Positions 9,061 through 18,429 of a stretch of 64,000 bases of DNA are shown piece by piece. The stretch's first letter is position 1. Every line of letters starts with the position of its first letter. The translations under genes were made by a program, and so were the position numbers. The stretch comes from Candidatus Aenigmatarchaeota archaeon (lineage in GTDB: Archaea; Aenigmatarchaeota; Aenigmatarchaeia; CG10238-14; SCSR01), in NCBI GenBank assembly GCA_038998335.1, contig JAVZHQ010000001.1, positions 512,001-576,000 of the forward strand, read 5' to 3'. Under the pieces are notes generated by a model. It made no database searches. It was not told the origin of the DNA and was given only the letters and a program-made list of their open reading frames with translations.

Positions 9061-12000
9061 TCACCTCATGGCACAATGGTAAGGATCTACTGAATTAACA
9101 GTAAACAATACTGGGTCGTAAAGGGAATCACAACCTCTTATCGATAAGAAATAAAACTTACCTTCTTCTAGTTCGCTTGCATCAAACATATCTTGATAAG
9201 TTCCAGTTGTACTGTTGTATGTTGCTGTTCTCCAACCACTATCGTAAGGACAAATTCCAAAGAAGCAATAGATTGGACTATACCATGCTGGTGGTTCGAA
9301 AACCCTGTACTGAACTGTTTCACTCGCTATTGGTGAAATTTCATCCGTTACATTTATTTCTATCGGAACTAATGAATCGTAAGTATCTTCATCTTGTGGC
9401 TGTAATAATTCTATTGTTGGTGGAGTGTTATCAAGCATGAAATTGATGCTATCACTAAGCCAGTTTCCAGCTTCATCTTGAACTTTAATCATAAACTTTA
9501 CAATACCATCAGGCAAACCGAATGGAACGTCATAATAGCCTGAGCATTCGTTTCCTATTATTGGTGAAGCATCCCATCTTGTTTCGTTTATGCTTATGTA
9601 GCATGGACTAACTATTCCAGACATGTCTTGCTCAAAGGTTATTCTATACCAAATTCTTTGGCCGGATTTTATTGTTGAGCCTTGCTCAGGATTGGTTTCA
9701 AATGAAACTTTTATTGGAGGCGTGTTGTCTATTCCTATAAGTATAGAAACTTTATCTCTGTAATTACCTGCACTATCCCAAGCATCAACATAAAGGTTTG
9801 CTGGGCTTTCGTTAAACGTTTCGTTAACTGTAACAAAACCTGTACATTTGCCTATTCTTCTATCAAAAGTTAAATTACTGTCAAGTACACTCTCCTTGCC
9901 TGTATTGTCAACTATTCTTGCTATGCAAGTTATTTCTGGTTCACAAATTTCTTTGAATGAAAGCGAATTATCGCTTACTTCAGCCGCTACGTAGAATGTT
10001 GTTCCATAGCCAACCCAGTCTTTTCCTGAGAAAATCCAATGAATTATGGGCTTGGTGTTGTCAAGATTAACAAAAGCTTTGTTATCCAAAAATACTTTGT
10101 TATTTAGTTTATCCACAGCTTCTATATCTATGTAGTAAGTGCCTTCTTGTAAGCAGCAACTCGGCGTCCAGCTACCTTCGTACAATCCTGTTTCTGGATT
10201 GTATACCAAATCTATCTGGTACTTATAAGTACTGATACAGCCTTTGTGTATTGTTATGTTTACTCTTTTCACACCAACCTTTTCATCAGTAACATTAGCA
10301 TAAATCTTCACCGTCTTTCCACAGTGTATAGCACAATCACTAACCCACAATTTTATTTCTGGTGGTTTGTTGTCTACGTCATCTATTTCTGTTTTTGTTT
10401 GTTCTTCATTGCCTAGGGCGTCTACGCAGTAGTATTCAACAATATGCCTGCAGTCTTCTGGTATCTTGAAAGTTACTTGACTACCATCGACTTCAGTAAA
10501 TTCAGGCTTTTCTCCACCTTCTAAGTAGTACCTGTAGTAGATTTTAACTTGGTTTACTGGATGTGGCTGTTGATCTGAACAGCTCAAGGTTATTTCTGTG
10601 TTGCTTGTTATATACAAGCAGTTTTCACCGCACGGGTATTGTGGTTGACCGACATACTTTGTTGTTATTGGTGGCGTGGTGTCGACTATGTCTACTTCTA
10701 CATGCTCGTGCTCTTTATTGCCTAGAGCATCGACACAGTACCAAGTCAGTCTGTGGAACGAGTCTTGAGAATACTTTATGCTCACAAAATTAGAATCTTC
10801 TATCCACGAGCCTTCTGTCCATTCGTCTCCTAAGTTTTCTTTCCAGTCTATCTTGTAGTAGATTTTAACTTGGTCTACTGGATGTGGCTGTTGATCTGAG
10901 CAGGATAGATTGATTTCTGTTTGTTGTGTGACGTACCAGTCGCAAATTTCTTCTATGCATTCTACCTTTGGTTCACCTATTGTTTTATCTGAAATTGGTG
11001 CTTTGTTATCAACATAAACACACTGTATCTTTATTTGTTCAGCCTTATCAACATTATCAACTGAATAATATTCTATCAAGTGACAGGAGTCGTCTTTGAT
11101 TGTAAATGGTTCTGTGTAAGTTAGCCATGAGCCTGAGCCTGTTGCTTCTTCACAAGCCGCTTGGCTCTCACAAAAGCTATCGCTAACTTGAGTTACTCTG
11201 TAGTATGTTGCCTTTATTCCTGATTTGTGTGTGCCTGTATCCTCGACTGATAGTGTGATTGGTGTTTGCGATGTTATCCACTTCGGGTAGCCACTATCTG
11301 TTGTGACAAGTGGTGTACCGTAGGTCTTAGTGGTAGTTGGTGGTGTTTTATCTACGATGAATGTTTCTAAATCAGTTACTGAATTGCCTAGAGCATCTCT
11401 ACATGTGATTGTTAGGTTATGCGTAGATTCTTCTGGGAAGGTTATGTCGAATGGTGGGGTTACTCCTGTTTGACCTTGTCCTTGTTTTTCACCGCCAGTT
11501 ACTGTATAATCCCAGTCACATGTTACATGATTCACTGGGTGAGGCTCGGGGTCTGTTGCTTCTACATGAATGGTTGTCGAGCCGTCTATGTAGCATTCAT
11601 CGATCAAACCAATTTTTGCAACTGCAAATTCGGAGCAGCCATCTTTTTCTGCGTAAAATACAATTTTGTCGGCAACAATAGGCGTCGTATAACTTTTACT
11701 CCAAATGCCGTTCCCTCCTGTCTGAACACCAACAGGATCTTCACTACCAACTAAGTTTTCATTCAAGTAATAACGGATATGAGCCTTTTCTCCACCACCA
11801 TTGCATTCTCCTGCATACAAGCTTCTCAATTCAACATAATCGATTGCATATGCTCTATCAAATGTTATTTCGATTTTCTCTGGGTCGTCTACCTCGTCAA
11901 TCTCACCTGGATATACACCTAAACCTCTTGTACCTCTGTGAGTTAAGTTTCCTAGACCACCATTCTTAAAACCTGTTACTGCTCCGTGGCCAGAAAGAAT

Positions 12001-15000
12001 GCTGAGGGTTGATTTACCAAGATTTACAACATTATCAGTTGTAGATAATCCTGTAGTACTATCAACACCTTCAAAATTATCTGCGTAAAGGAAGCTTACT
12101 TGGCTTGCTTCTGGTGGACAATTGCCGTAACTTGAACCTATAATCGTTTTAGTTATAATTGGTGGTTTGGTATCAACTATATCATATTCTGTGTGCAATT
12201 GCTCTGCGTTACCTAGAGCATCGACACAGTACCATTTAAGTATATGAGCCGAATCTTGGGTCTTTGTTATAGTTACTTGCTCGCTGTTTACTATCGTCCA
12301 TTCAGGCTCTTGTTGCCCAACAATCCAGTCTTTGTAGTAGATTTTAACATGATTTACTGGATGAGGTTGCTGGTCTGAACAGCTCAAGGTTATTGGGGTT
12401 TGCTGTGTTATGAAATAGCAACCATCTGTTGGGTTAGGCAAGCCGGAATAGTAGGCTGATTGTTCTGATTGTGTACATTCATGCTTAGGCTCACCTATTG
12501 ATTTAGTTGAAACCGGTGGCTTGGTGTCGACTATGTCTAGTTCAACATGCTCCTGCTCTTTATTGCCTAGAGCATCGACACAGTACCAAGTCAGTCTGTG
12601 GAATGATTCATCATTTGGTAAATCTTCGTAATAGAATTTAGTATAATTGCCAACAGTTTCTTCTTTTACAGTTTGCCAATTATCTTCCCAATTCATCTTC
12701 CACTCAATCTTATAGTGGATCTTCACGTCATCTACTGGATGAGGTTGTTGGTCAACACAAGAAAGTTCGATGGGAGTTTCGTCTGTCATAAACCAGCAAT
12801 CATCAATTCCATATTGTGACTTTTCCTCTTCTGTACACTCGTGCTTTGGAGTTCCTAATGATTTCTGCGAAATAGGTGGCTTATTCTCTACGAATACACA
12901 TTGTGCTTTTATTTGTTCCTTGTTTCCGAGCTTATCAACACTGTAATATTCTATCATGTGACACGACTCCGTCGTTTTGTAGAAAGGTCCTCTGTATTCA
13001 TTCCATCCTTCGCTTTCGTAGCTGTGAATAGGTTGACAGTATATATCTGGATCGAGACAATAATTATCATCAACAAGTGTGTTCATCCAGTAGATTTTGT
13101 CCACACCAACAGCGCAAATCTCCCCGCCGTCCGTTGCTGTGAGTGTTATCGGTGTGCTCGAGTTTATCCACTTTGGATAGCCACCTTGCGCCACAACAAG
13201 AGGCTGGCCATAAGTCTTTGTAGTCGTTGGTGGTACAGAATCAACATAATCATACTCTACATAAGGTCCAGCTGTATTCCCAAGAATGTCCACACACTTG
13301 TATTCTAAAGTATGAAGAGAGTCTTCATTAAAGTGGAAAGGTCCAGTGTATGTTATCCAATCTGTGTATTGACCATCATCTACCTTGTATCGGTAATAAA
13401 TTGTTACGTGGTCCGATGGATGTGGCATGTCATCAACACAGTTCAATGTTATCATCGTGTTCTGTGTTATGTACCATTTACCATCTTCTACCGGCAGCTT
13501 AGGATCACCTATTTCCTTTGTAAGAATAGGTGGTTTGTTGTCAACAATATCCAATTCAAAATGATGAACTTCTTCCCAACCACAAGCATCAACTGCCCAG
13601 TATTCAACCAAATGATAAGAATCTTTGTTTAATGTGATAGTTACGCCTTGATTCTCATCTCCAACTCCTTCTTGGTCAATAACCCATGGGTCATTTGGAT
13701 TTACCTTATACCAAACTCTCCAATGTATTCTAGTTTTATCAGCATGTTCGCCTGTTTGTTGTGGGTCAGGATCTTCGGCATGGAGAGTTATCTGTGTTCC
13801 TGTTTTTACAAATTGGCAACCGTCTGTTAGTGAAACATCTTGAGGCAAATTAGCAGCATCTATTTCACTTTGTTCGCAAGAATGTGAAACTCCTCCTGCT
13901 GGAGTTAAGGTTTTGGTTGTTTGTGGTGCTAAAGTGTCTTTAACAAAAGAAATGTTCTGCCCACATTGTAACATTTTACCCCAGTTTTCTACTATATCTT
14001 TGCCTCTCAGGTTTATGTAATGAGTTCCTTCAGAGAGGCTTGATACATCAACTTCAGCCCCTATTATAGCACACAACAAACCGTTAGACTGGAAATTGTA
14101 AAGTGGATTCATCCAGTATCCAGACCATGGAGCAGGAACTTCTGCGCTAAGGTTGTAATCAACAAAATATTCTCCGCCTTGTATTGGTGACTGGTCATCA
14201 CAAACTGTTGCATTAAGCCATGGGTTATTTCCGCAAACTAAATATTCTCTTGGGTTTAGTACATCGTTAAGATAAATGTTGTAAGGACATTCTGGAGGTT
14301 CTATGTCTGTTTCAAAGTAAGTACAGACACAATTGCCCCAGTTGTCTGCTACATCTTGAGATTTTACACATACAAAATTTACACCATCGTGGAAGAAGCC
14401 TGCATTGTTTACATAGACATCCTCTATTAGTTCATCGTAACTTCCATCCGCAGGAGACATATTACCAATTACTAGAAATGGATCAGAATCGATGCATCTC
14501 CCATAACTGCCAGCACCTATGTAATATCTGGCAACCTTTATGTTGGAGCATTCGTCTTCTACATGAGCTGTAAAGTTGAAAATGCCGTTGTTAAACAGCG
14601 GGCTGACAAAAACATTTGAAGTAGTTGGTCCGTTGGTATCGAATAAAGTGTGTTGGCAGCCTTGTTGAACATCACATATATCTTCTGTGCATGGATTTCC
14701 GTCATCGCAAAGGGAATTATTTGGCGTATGAATACAACCTTGTAGAGCATCGCAAGAATCGATGGTACATTCAATTCCATCGTCACAACTCATCTGAGAA
14801 TATGAACAAGTACAATTGCTTTGACATTTTCCACCATAAAACCTAACATTTCCTTCACAATAATCCTTACAATCCTCGTCTTTCTCACATTCTGCTCCGC
14901 ATTGACCTTTCACACAACTGAAAGAAAAGCTATCATAAACACATCCACAAGCAGCATCACAATTACCATAAGCGTCCCTTGTTCCTAGCTTATAACCAGA

Positions 15001-16002
15001 ACATTCTTGTGTTGTTTGAGAACAATAAGCATTATTAGTAGTATTTGGAAGTTCGCATTGCTCGTTTCCTTCTAAAACACCATTACCACATTGCGGCTGA
15101 CAATACGGATCATTTACACAATCCGGATCAGCACAATCCACTAAATTATCACAATCGTCATCCACTCCATTATTACAAATCTCTTGTATTCCAGGGATTA
15201 AAATGAAACTTACCATTGCATCTCCTGACTGTTCTGCACCTGGTGGTTGTCCATGGTATAGTTTCACTGTAACATTGACTTGCTTACAGAGATGACTAAT
15301 TCCATAATTATGCGAAAATGTTCCTCTGTTACAATCATCTTTTCCGTCGTTGTCATTACATCCTATCAATGGTAATGTACTGAAATTTCCATAAAATACC
15401 TCATCTTGTTGCCCACCACCTGTTTTAGTTCTATTTATATTAATAGCATCATTTACAGTTCCATCACCCCAATTTACTTGAACCTCGTACTGCCATACTT
15501 GTCCCTCAGGTCGTATAACATGCCAAATACCTTTGATATCAACTGGGTTGATAACAGTAGAGCCAGGTGTTGGTTCTTGTACAATTATCGTATAGATTCT
15601 AGGAGCAGTATCACTAAAACTTGTTGTCGCTGTATTTACCCCATCACTTGCTTCAACAGTATAAGTCCCTAAAATTCCGTTCAGCTTGTAAGCATAATTT
15701 GAAAAAGAACCTGATTCGTCTGTGATTGGTAACTCGCCACATCTTCCTTCAACAGGACAAATATCAACACCGTCTGGCCTTGTAACATTTATGCTAATAG
15801 TTGAACCAGGATTAAAACCTGAACCTGAAATCAAAACAGTTTCCTCAGGGGAATACTCTAACTTATCTGTCCAAATTCTTGTCTCTCCTTCAGGAGCCAA
15901 AACAGGCAAAACAAAATTCAAAACAAAAAACCCAACTAAAAATAAAGCAAAAACTATAAGAGAAATTTTCGCTATACCCTTAGCTAAAGCTTTACTATTC
16001 AT
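9061..16002 (-). CDS. Giant (2313 aa) secreted Cys-rich protein with tandem Ig-like beta-sandwich repeats
   Basis: Signal peptide, DDDCDNLVDCADPDC, CDDGNPCTEDIC repeats, about 10 repeats ending YCVDALGNxE..xDxKPP. Confidence 0.9.
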   Translation of the reverse strand: MNSKALAKGIAKISLIVFALFLVGFFVLNFVLPVLAPEGETRIWTDKLEYSPEETVLISGSGFNPGSTISINVTRPDGVDICPVEGRCGELPITDESGSFSNYAYKLNGILGTYTVEASDGVNTATTSFSDTAPRIYTIIVQEPTPGSTVINPVDIKGIWHVIRPEGQVWQYEVQVNWGDGTVNDAININRTKTGGGQQDEVFYGNFSTLPLIGCNDNDGKDDCNRGTFSHNYGISHLCKQVNVTVKLYHGQPPGAEQSGDAMVSFILIPGIQEICNNGVDDDCDNLVDCADPDCVNDPYCQPQCGNGVLEGNEQCELPNTTNNAYCSQTTQECSGYKLGTRDAYGNCDAACGCVYDSFSFSCVKGQCGAECEKDEDCKDYCEGNVRFYGGKCQSNCTCSYSQMSCDDGIECTIDSCDALQGCIHTPNNSLCDDGNPCTEDICDVQQGCQHTLFDTNGPTTSNVFVSPLFNNGIFNFTAHVEDECSNIKVARYYIGAGSYGRCIDSDPFLVIGNMSPADGSYDELIEDVYVNNAGFFHDGVNFVCVKSQDVADNWGNCVCTYFETDIEPPECPYNIYLNDVLNPREYLVCGNNPWLNATVCDDQSPIQGGEYFVDYNLSAEVPAPWSGYWMNPLYNFQSNGLLCAIIGAEVDVSSLSEGTHYINLRGKDIVENWGKMLQCGQNISFVKDTLAPQTTKTLTPAGGVSHSCEQSEIDAANLPQDVSLTDGCQFVKTGTQITLHAEDPDPQQTGEHADKTRIHWRVWYKVNPNDPWVIDQEGVGDENQGVTITLNKDSYHLVEYWAVDACGWEEVHHFELDIVDNKPPILTKEIGDPKLPVEDGKWYITQNTMITLNCVDDMPHPSDHVTIYYRYKVDDGQYTDWITYTGPFHFNEDSLHTLEYKCVDILGNTAGPYVEYDYVDSVPPTTTKTYGQPLVVAQGGYPKWINSSTPITLTATDGGEICAVGVDKIYWMNTLVDDNYCLDPDIYCQPIHSYESEGWNEYRGPFYKTTESCHMIEYYSVDKLGNKEQIKAQCVFVENKPPISQKSLGTPKHECTEEEKSQYGIDDCWFMTDETPIELSCVDQQPHPVDDVKIHYKIEWKMNWEDNWQTVKEETVGNYTKFYYEDLPNDESFHRLTWYCVDALGNKEQEHVELDIVDTKPPVSTKSIGEPKHECTQSEQSAYYSGLPNPTDGCYFITQQTPITLSCSDQQPHPVNHVKIYYKDWIVGQQEPEWTIVNSEQVTITKTQDSAHILKWYCVDALGNAEQLHTEYDIVDTKPPIITKTIIGSSYGNCPPEASQVSFLYADNFEGVDSTTGLSTTDNVVNLGKSTLSILSGHGAVTGFKNGGLGNLTHRGTRGLGVYPGEIDEVDDPEKIEITFDRAYAIDYVELRSLYAGECNGGGEKAHIRYYLNENLVGSEDPVGVQTGGNGIWSKSYTTPIVADKIVFYAEKDGCSEFAVAKIGLIDECYIDGSTTIHVEATDPEPHPVNHVTCDWDYTVTGGEKQGQGQTGVTPPFDITFPEESTHNLTITCRDALGNSVTDLETFIVDKTPPTTTKTYGTPLVTTDSGYPKWITSQTPITLSVEDTGTHKSGIKATYYRVTQVSDSFCESQAACEEATGSGSWLTYTEPFTIKDDSCHLIEYYSVDNVDKAEQIKIQCVYVDNKAPISDKTIGEPKVECIEEICDWYVTQQTEINLSCSDQQPHPVDQVKIYYKIDWKENLGDEWTEGSWIEDSNFVSIKYSQDSFHRLTWYCVDALGNKEHEHVEVDIVDTTPPITTKYVGQPQYPCGENCLYITSNTEITLSCSDQQPHPVNQVKIYYRYYLEGGEKPEFTEVDGSQVTFKIPEDCRHIVEYYCVDALGNEEQTKTEIDDVDNKPPEIKLWVSDCAIHCGKTVKIYANVTDEKVGVKRVNITIHKGCISTYKYQIDLVYNPETGLYEGSWTPSCCLQEGTYYIDIEAVDKLNNKVFLDNKAFVNLDNTKPIIHWIFSGKDWVGYGTTFYVAAEVSDNSLSFKEICEPEITCIARIVDNTGKESVLDSNLTFDRRIGKCTGFVTVNETFNESPANLYVDAWDSAGNYRDKVSILIGIDNTPPIKVSFETNPEQGSTIKSGQRIWYRITFEQDMSGIVSPCYISINETRWDASPIIGNECSGYYDVPFGLPDGIVKFMIKVQDEAGNWLSDSINFMLDNTPPTIELLQPQDEDTYDSLVPIEINVTDEISPIASETVQYRVFEPPAWYSPIYCFFGICPYDSGWRTATYNSTTGTYQDMFDASELEEGKFYFLSIRGCDSLYDPVLFTVNSVDPYHCAMR

Positions 16003-16060
16003 CCAATCAGCTTATTATTACTAAGAAGAAGTAAGTTTATTAAACCAAATGCTACAGAAA

Positions 16061-16091
16061 TATGACAATATTATGACAATTTTCTGACAAA
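16061..16091. promoter_or_regulatory. Three tandem TGACAA repeats (11-bp period) upstream of the giant gene's TATA box
   Basis: tatgacaatat tatgacaattt tctgacaaaa. Confidence 0.6.
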
Positions 16092-16095
16092 AAGC

Positions 16096-16527
16096 TTATA
16101 AGCTTTTAAAATTTCTAAAAGCTTTGTTTTTACTAGTTATCTCTTCCAATTCCTTTTCAGTAAAGAAATAATTCCTTATGTTTTTATAGCACTCTAAAAT
16201 CCAGTTAGGATACTTTAAGTTCAAGCCCCAAATGCTTCTTCTGCTTTTCTCCCCATACTTTCTACTTTTTCTAACTTCTACAAGCTTCCAATCAGCTAGC
16301 TTTTCTAGATGATGAATGCAAACTGAAGGTTTAATTCCAAGTTTAAAACAAAGTTCCTCAACTTGCATCGCATGTAAACTTTCTGGAGAATTTATTAGCA
16401 AATGTAAAATCCCTGCCCTTATTTTGTTGTTACATATAACTCTTATCTCAGGCAAGAACTCAAGCATAACTTGCATTTCAGCATTTTCGTCAACAGGATC
16501 TAATACCCTTAAAGCTACCTTTGCCAT
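16096..16527 (-). CDS. ArsR-like winged-helix transcription regulator
   Basis: NKIRAGILHLL...VEELCFKLGIKPSVCIHHLEKL..WKLVEV. Confidence 0.85.
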   Translation of the reverse strand: MAKVALRVLDPVDENAEMQVMLEFLPEIRVICNNKIRAGILHLLINSPESLHAMQVEELCFKLGIKPSVCIHHLEKLADWKLVEVRKSRKYGEKSRRSIWGLNLKYPNWILECYKNIRNYFFTEKELEEITSKNKAFRNFKSL

Positions 16528-16561
16528 AAAAAATAAAATGTGGAATTAAAGATTTAAATAG

Positions 16562-16577
16562 GTTTACCATAGTAAAC
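16562..16577. promoter_or_regulatory. Palindromic operator in divergent promoter
   Basis: gtttac-cata-gtaaac directly after tttaaata. Confidence 0.55.
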
Positions 16578-16592
16578 TTATAGGTCTTTTGC

Positions 16593-16772
16593 TTGGAAGA
16601 GAGAAAAAAGCCTGAAGAATTCAAATTAGAAACAGTAACAGTAGCCTCAAAAATACCGAAAAAATTTTTTGAAATAATAAACGAGAAAATAATTAAAATT
16701 GAGTACACAACTATTTCGGATTACATAAGGGATTTGATAAGGGAAGATTTAAAGAAAAGAAATTTGCTCTAA
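16593..16772 (+). CDS. Ribbon-helix-helix (CopG-like) protein, 59 aa, not in ORF track
   Basis: TTG start; ...TVTVASKIPKKFFEII...YTTISDYIRDLIREDLKKR. Confidence 0.8.
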   Translation: MEERKKPEEFKLETVTVASKIPKKFFEIINEKIIKIEYTTISDYIRDLIREDLKKRNLL

Positions 16773-16803
16773 ACTCTTATTTTTTTGATCCAAATAATTA
16801 AAT

Positions 16804-17070
16804 ATGGCAAAAAGTCAGGAAGAAAGGCTTTACTTTATAGTCAGAAGCTACTTGATGGGTTGCGTAGGTGGAATAATTTTCCCAGCAATAGTTTTTATTC
16901 TAGGAAAAATAAACTGGATTCAATCAATAATAATAGGTACTTTCGTTTACATCATTTCCCTAGCAATTTCCAGAGTTTTTGAAAAGCAGATAGACAAAAT
17001 TACCCAAAAAATTTTGATTCACTTGAATAAACACAAAAAAATCAAAAACTTTATTTTGAAGTACTTTTGA
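16804..17070 (+). CDS. Small membrane protein
   Basis: 88 aa, two TM segments. Confidence 0.7.
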   Translation: MAKSQEERLYFIVRSYLMGCVGGIIFPAIVFILGKINWIQSIIIGTFVYIISLAISRVFEKQIDKITQKILIHLNKHKKIKNFILKYF

Positions 17071-17389
17071 CTTTCACGTAAGAATTTTTTTCCAAAGTAA
17101 CAGCAATTTCTTTTAAACAAAAACAAACATCCTTTAAACCTTTTCTAGCTACTTGTTCGCTTACTTTTTCTAGGTTGTATTGGTTACATTTTAAAACCTG
17201 ATAAATTCTTGATTTGTAAACATTTTTCTCTTCCTTAGGAAGGTTTGAAGCTTCTATAGAATCTTTAATTCTCAGCAAATAATTAAAAATTTCTTTCAAA
17301 TCTTTACCTTTTACCTTATAGCTGTTTTTTCTCTCTATTCTATCTAAAGCTGAGTTTATTTTAGAAACAAGCTTTTCTCTTTCTTCCAT
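17051..17389 (-). CDS. Hypothetical protein
   Basis: 112-aa ORF downstream of udg. Confidence 0.55.
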   Translation of the reverse strand: MEEREKLVSKINSALDRIERKNSYKVKGKDLKEIFNYLLRIKDSIEASNLPKEEKNVYKSRIYQVLKCNQYNLEKVSEQVARKGLKDVCFCLKEIAVTLEKNSYVKVKSTSK

Positions 17390-17393
17390 TTTT

Positions 17394-17972
17394 TTAAAAT
17401 TTAGTCGAAAAAGAATTTATTTTTTTGTTTAGCTTAATTAAAATCTTTTTCAACTTTTCCGTATCTTCTTCCATAAGTTCTCTTATTCTTGGAAACCTCA
17501 TCGCGCTAGCAGGATGAAAAGTTGGAAAGCAAATTCTGTTTCCTTTTCTCAAAACTTTTCCATGAACTTCCGAAACTTTTAGCTTTTTTTCAGGAAATAG
17601 ACCTTTTAAAGCAACATTTCCGAGCAAAACAATTATTTTTGGGTTTATCGCTTCAATTTGCTTTAAAGTATGAGTCATACCATGCTCTATTTCTTCCTTA
17701 GTTAAATCCCTTTTTCCAGGGTAGTACTTTACAGGCGAAGTAATAAAAACTTCTTCTCTTTTTATCCCTATTTCATTCAAAACTTTTGTCAAAAATTTTC
17801 CTGCTCTTCCAACAAAAGGCTTTCCTGTTTTTGCCTCTTCTTTTCCCGGAGCCTCTCCCAGGAAGAAAATTTTAGCCTTAGGGTTTCCTTCCCCAGGAAC
17901 AGCCAAGCCAAACTTTCCCTTTTTACATTCTTTGCATTCTTCAATTTCCTTTCTAATTTCTTCCAAACCCAT
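17394..17972 (-). CDS. udg: Family 4 uracil-DNA glycosylase
   Basis: CxxC, GEAPG, PFVGRAG, TFHPAS; start adjusted to MGLEE. Confidence 0.95.
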   Translation of the reverse strand: MGLEEIRKEIEECKECKKGKFGLAVPGEGNPKAKIFFLGEAPGKEEAKTGKPFVGRAGKFLTKVLNEIGIKREEVFITSPVKYYPGKRDLTKEEIEHGMTHTLKQIEAINPKIIVLLGNVALKGLFPEKKLKVSEVHGKVLRKGNRICFPTFHPASAMRFPRIRELMEEDTEKLKKILIKLNKKINSFSTKF

Positions 17973-18027
17973 GCTAATCTTTTGTTTTGAGAAAAGCTTA
18001 AGTTTTTTAACTTTCTTTTTTATTTTC

Positions 18028-18429
18028 ATGTCCCAGTTAATAAAAGATGGCAGAAAAAGTCAGGAAAAGTATGAAATAATTTTTAGGGCTGACGAAAAAT
18101 GCTTGCTTTTCCCTTTCAATTTAAGCGAAGAAGAAATGAAAGAATTAGAAAACGAGATTAAAAATTTTTATGAAGTTGAAAGAAATTATGTAGGTTTAAA
18201 AGTTATAACAGAAAGAGGAAGCGTTCATTTTTCTCGAAGACTTTATGGTTTCGAAAAAAGGTTTGCGATAGAATCTTTTGTTTATGGTTGTGCAATAGAA
18301 GATTTTAAGAAAGTAGCTAATACAGCAATACAAAAAACAATAGTTGGCGAAAAACTTTTTGGCTACTGGGCAAAAGAAGTTGGAAAGGAAGAAGCCGAAA
18401 AAAGATTAAAAGAAATAACAAAAGATTAA
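18028..18429 (+). CDS. Hypothetical protein
   Basis: ORF from MSQLIK, divergent from udg. Confidence 0.55.
   Translation: MSQLIKDGRKSQEKYEIIFRADEKCLLFPFNLSEEEMKELENEIKNFYEVERNYVGLKVITERGSVHFSRRLYGFEKRFAIESFVYGCAIEDFKKVANTAIQKTIVGEKLFGYWAKEVGKEEAEKRLKEITKD

Noticed and set aside
9061-16002. Diversity-generating retroelement target
   Set aside because: No reverse transcriptase in the window and repeat differences do not appear adenine-specific
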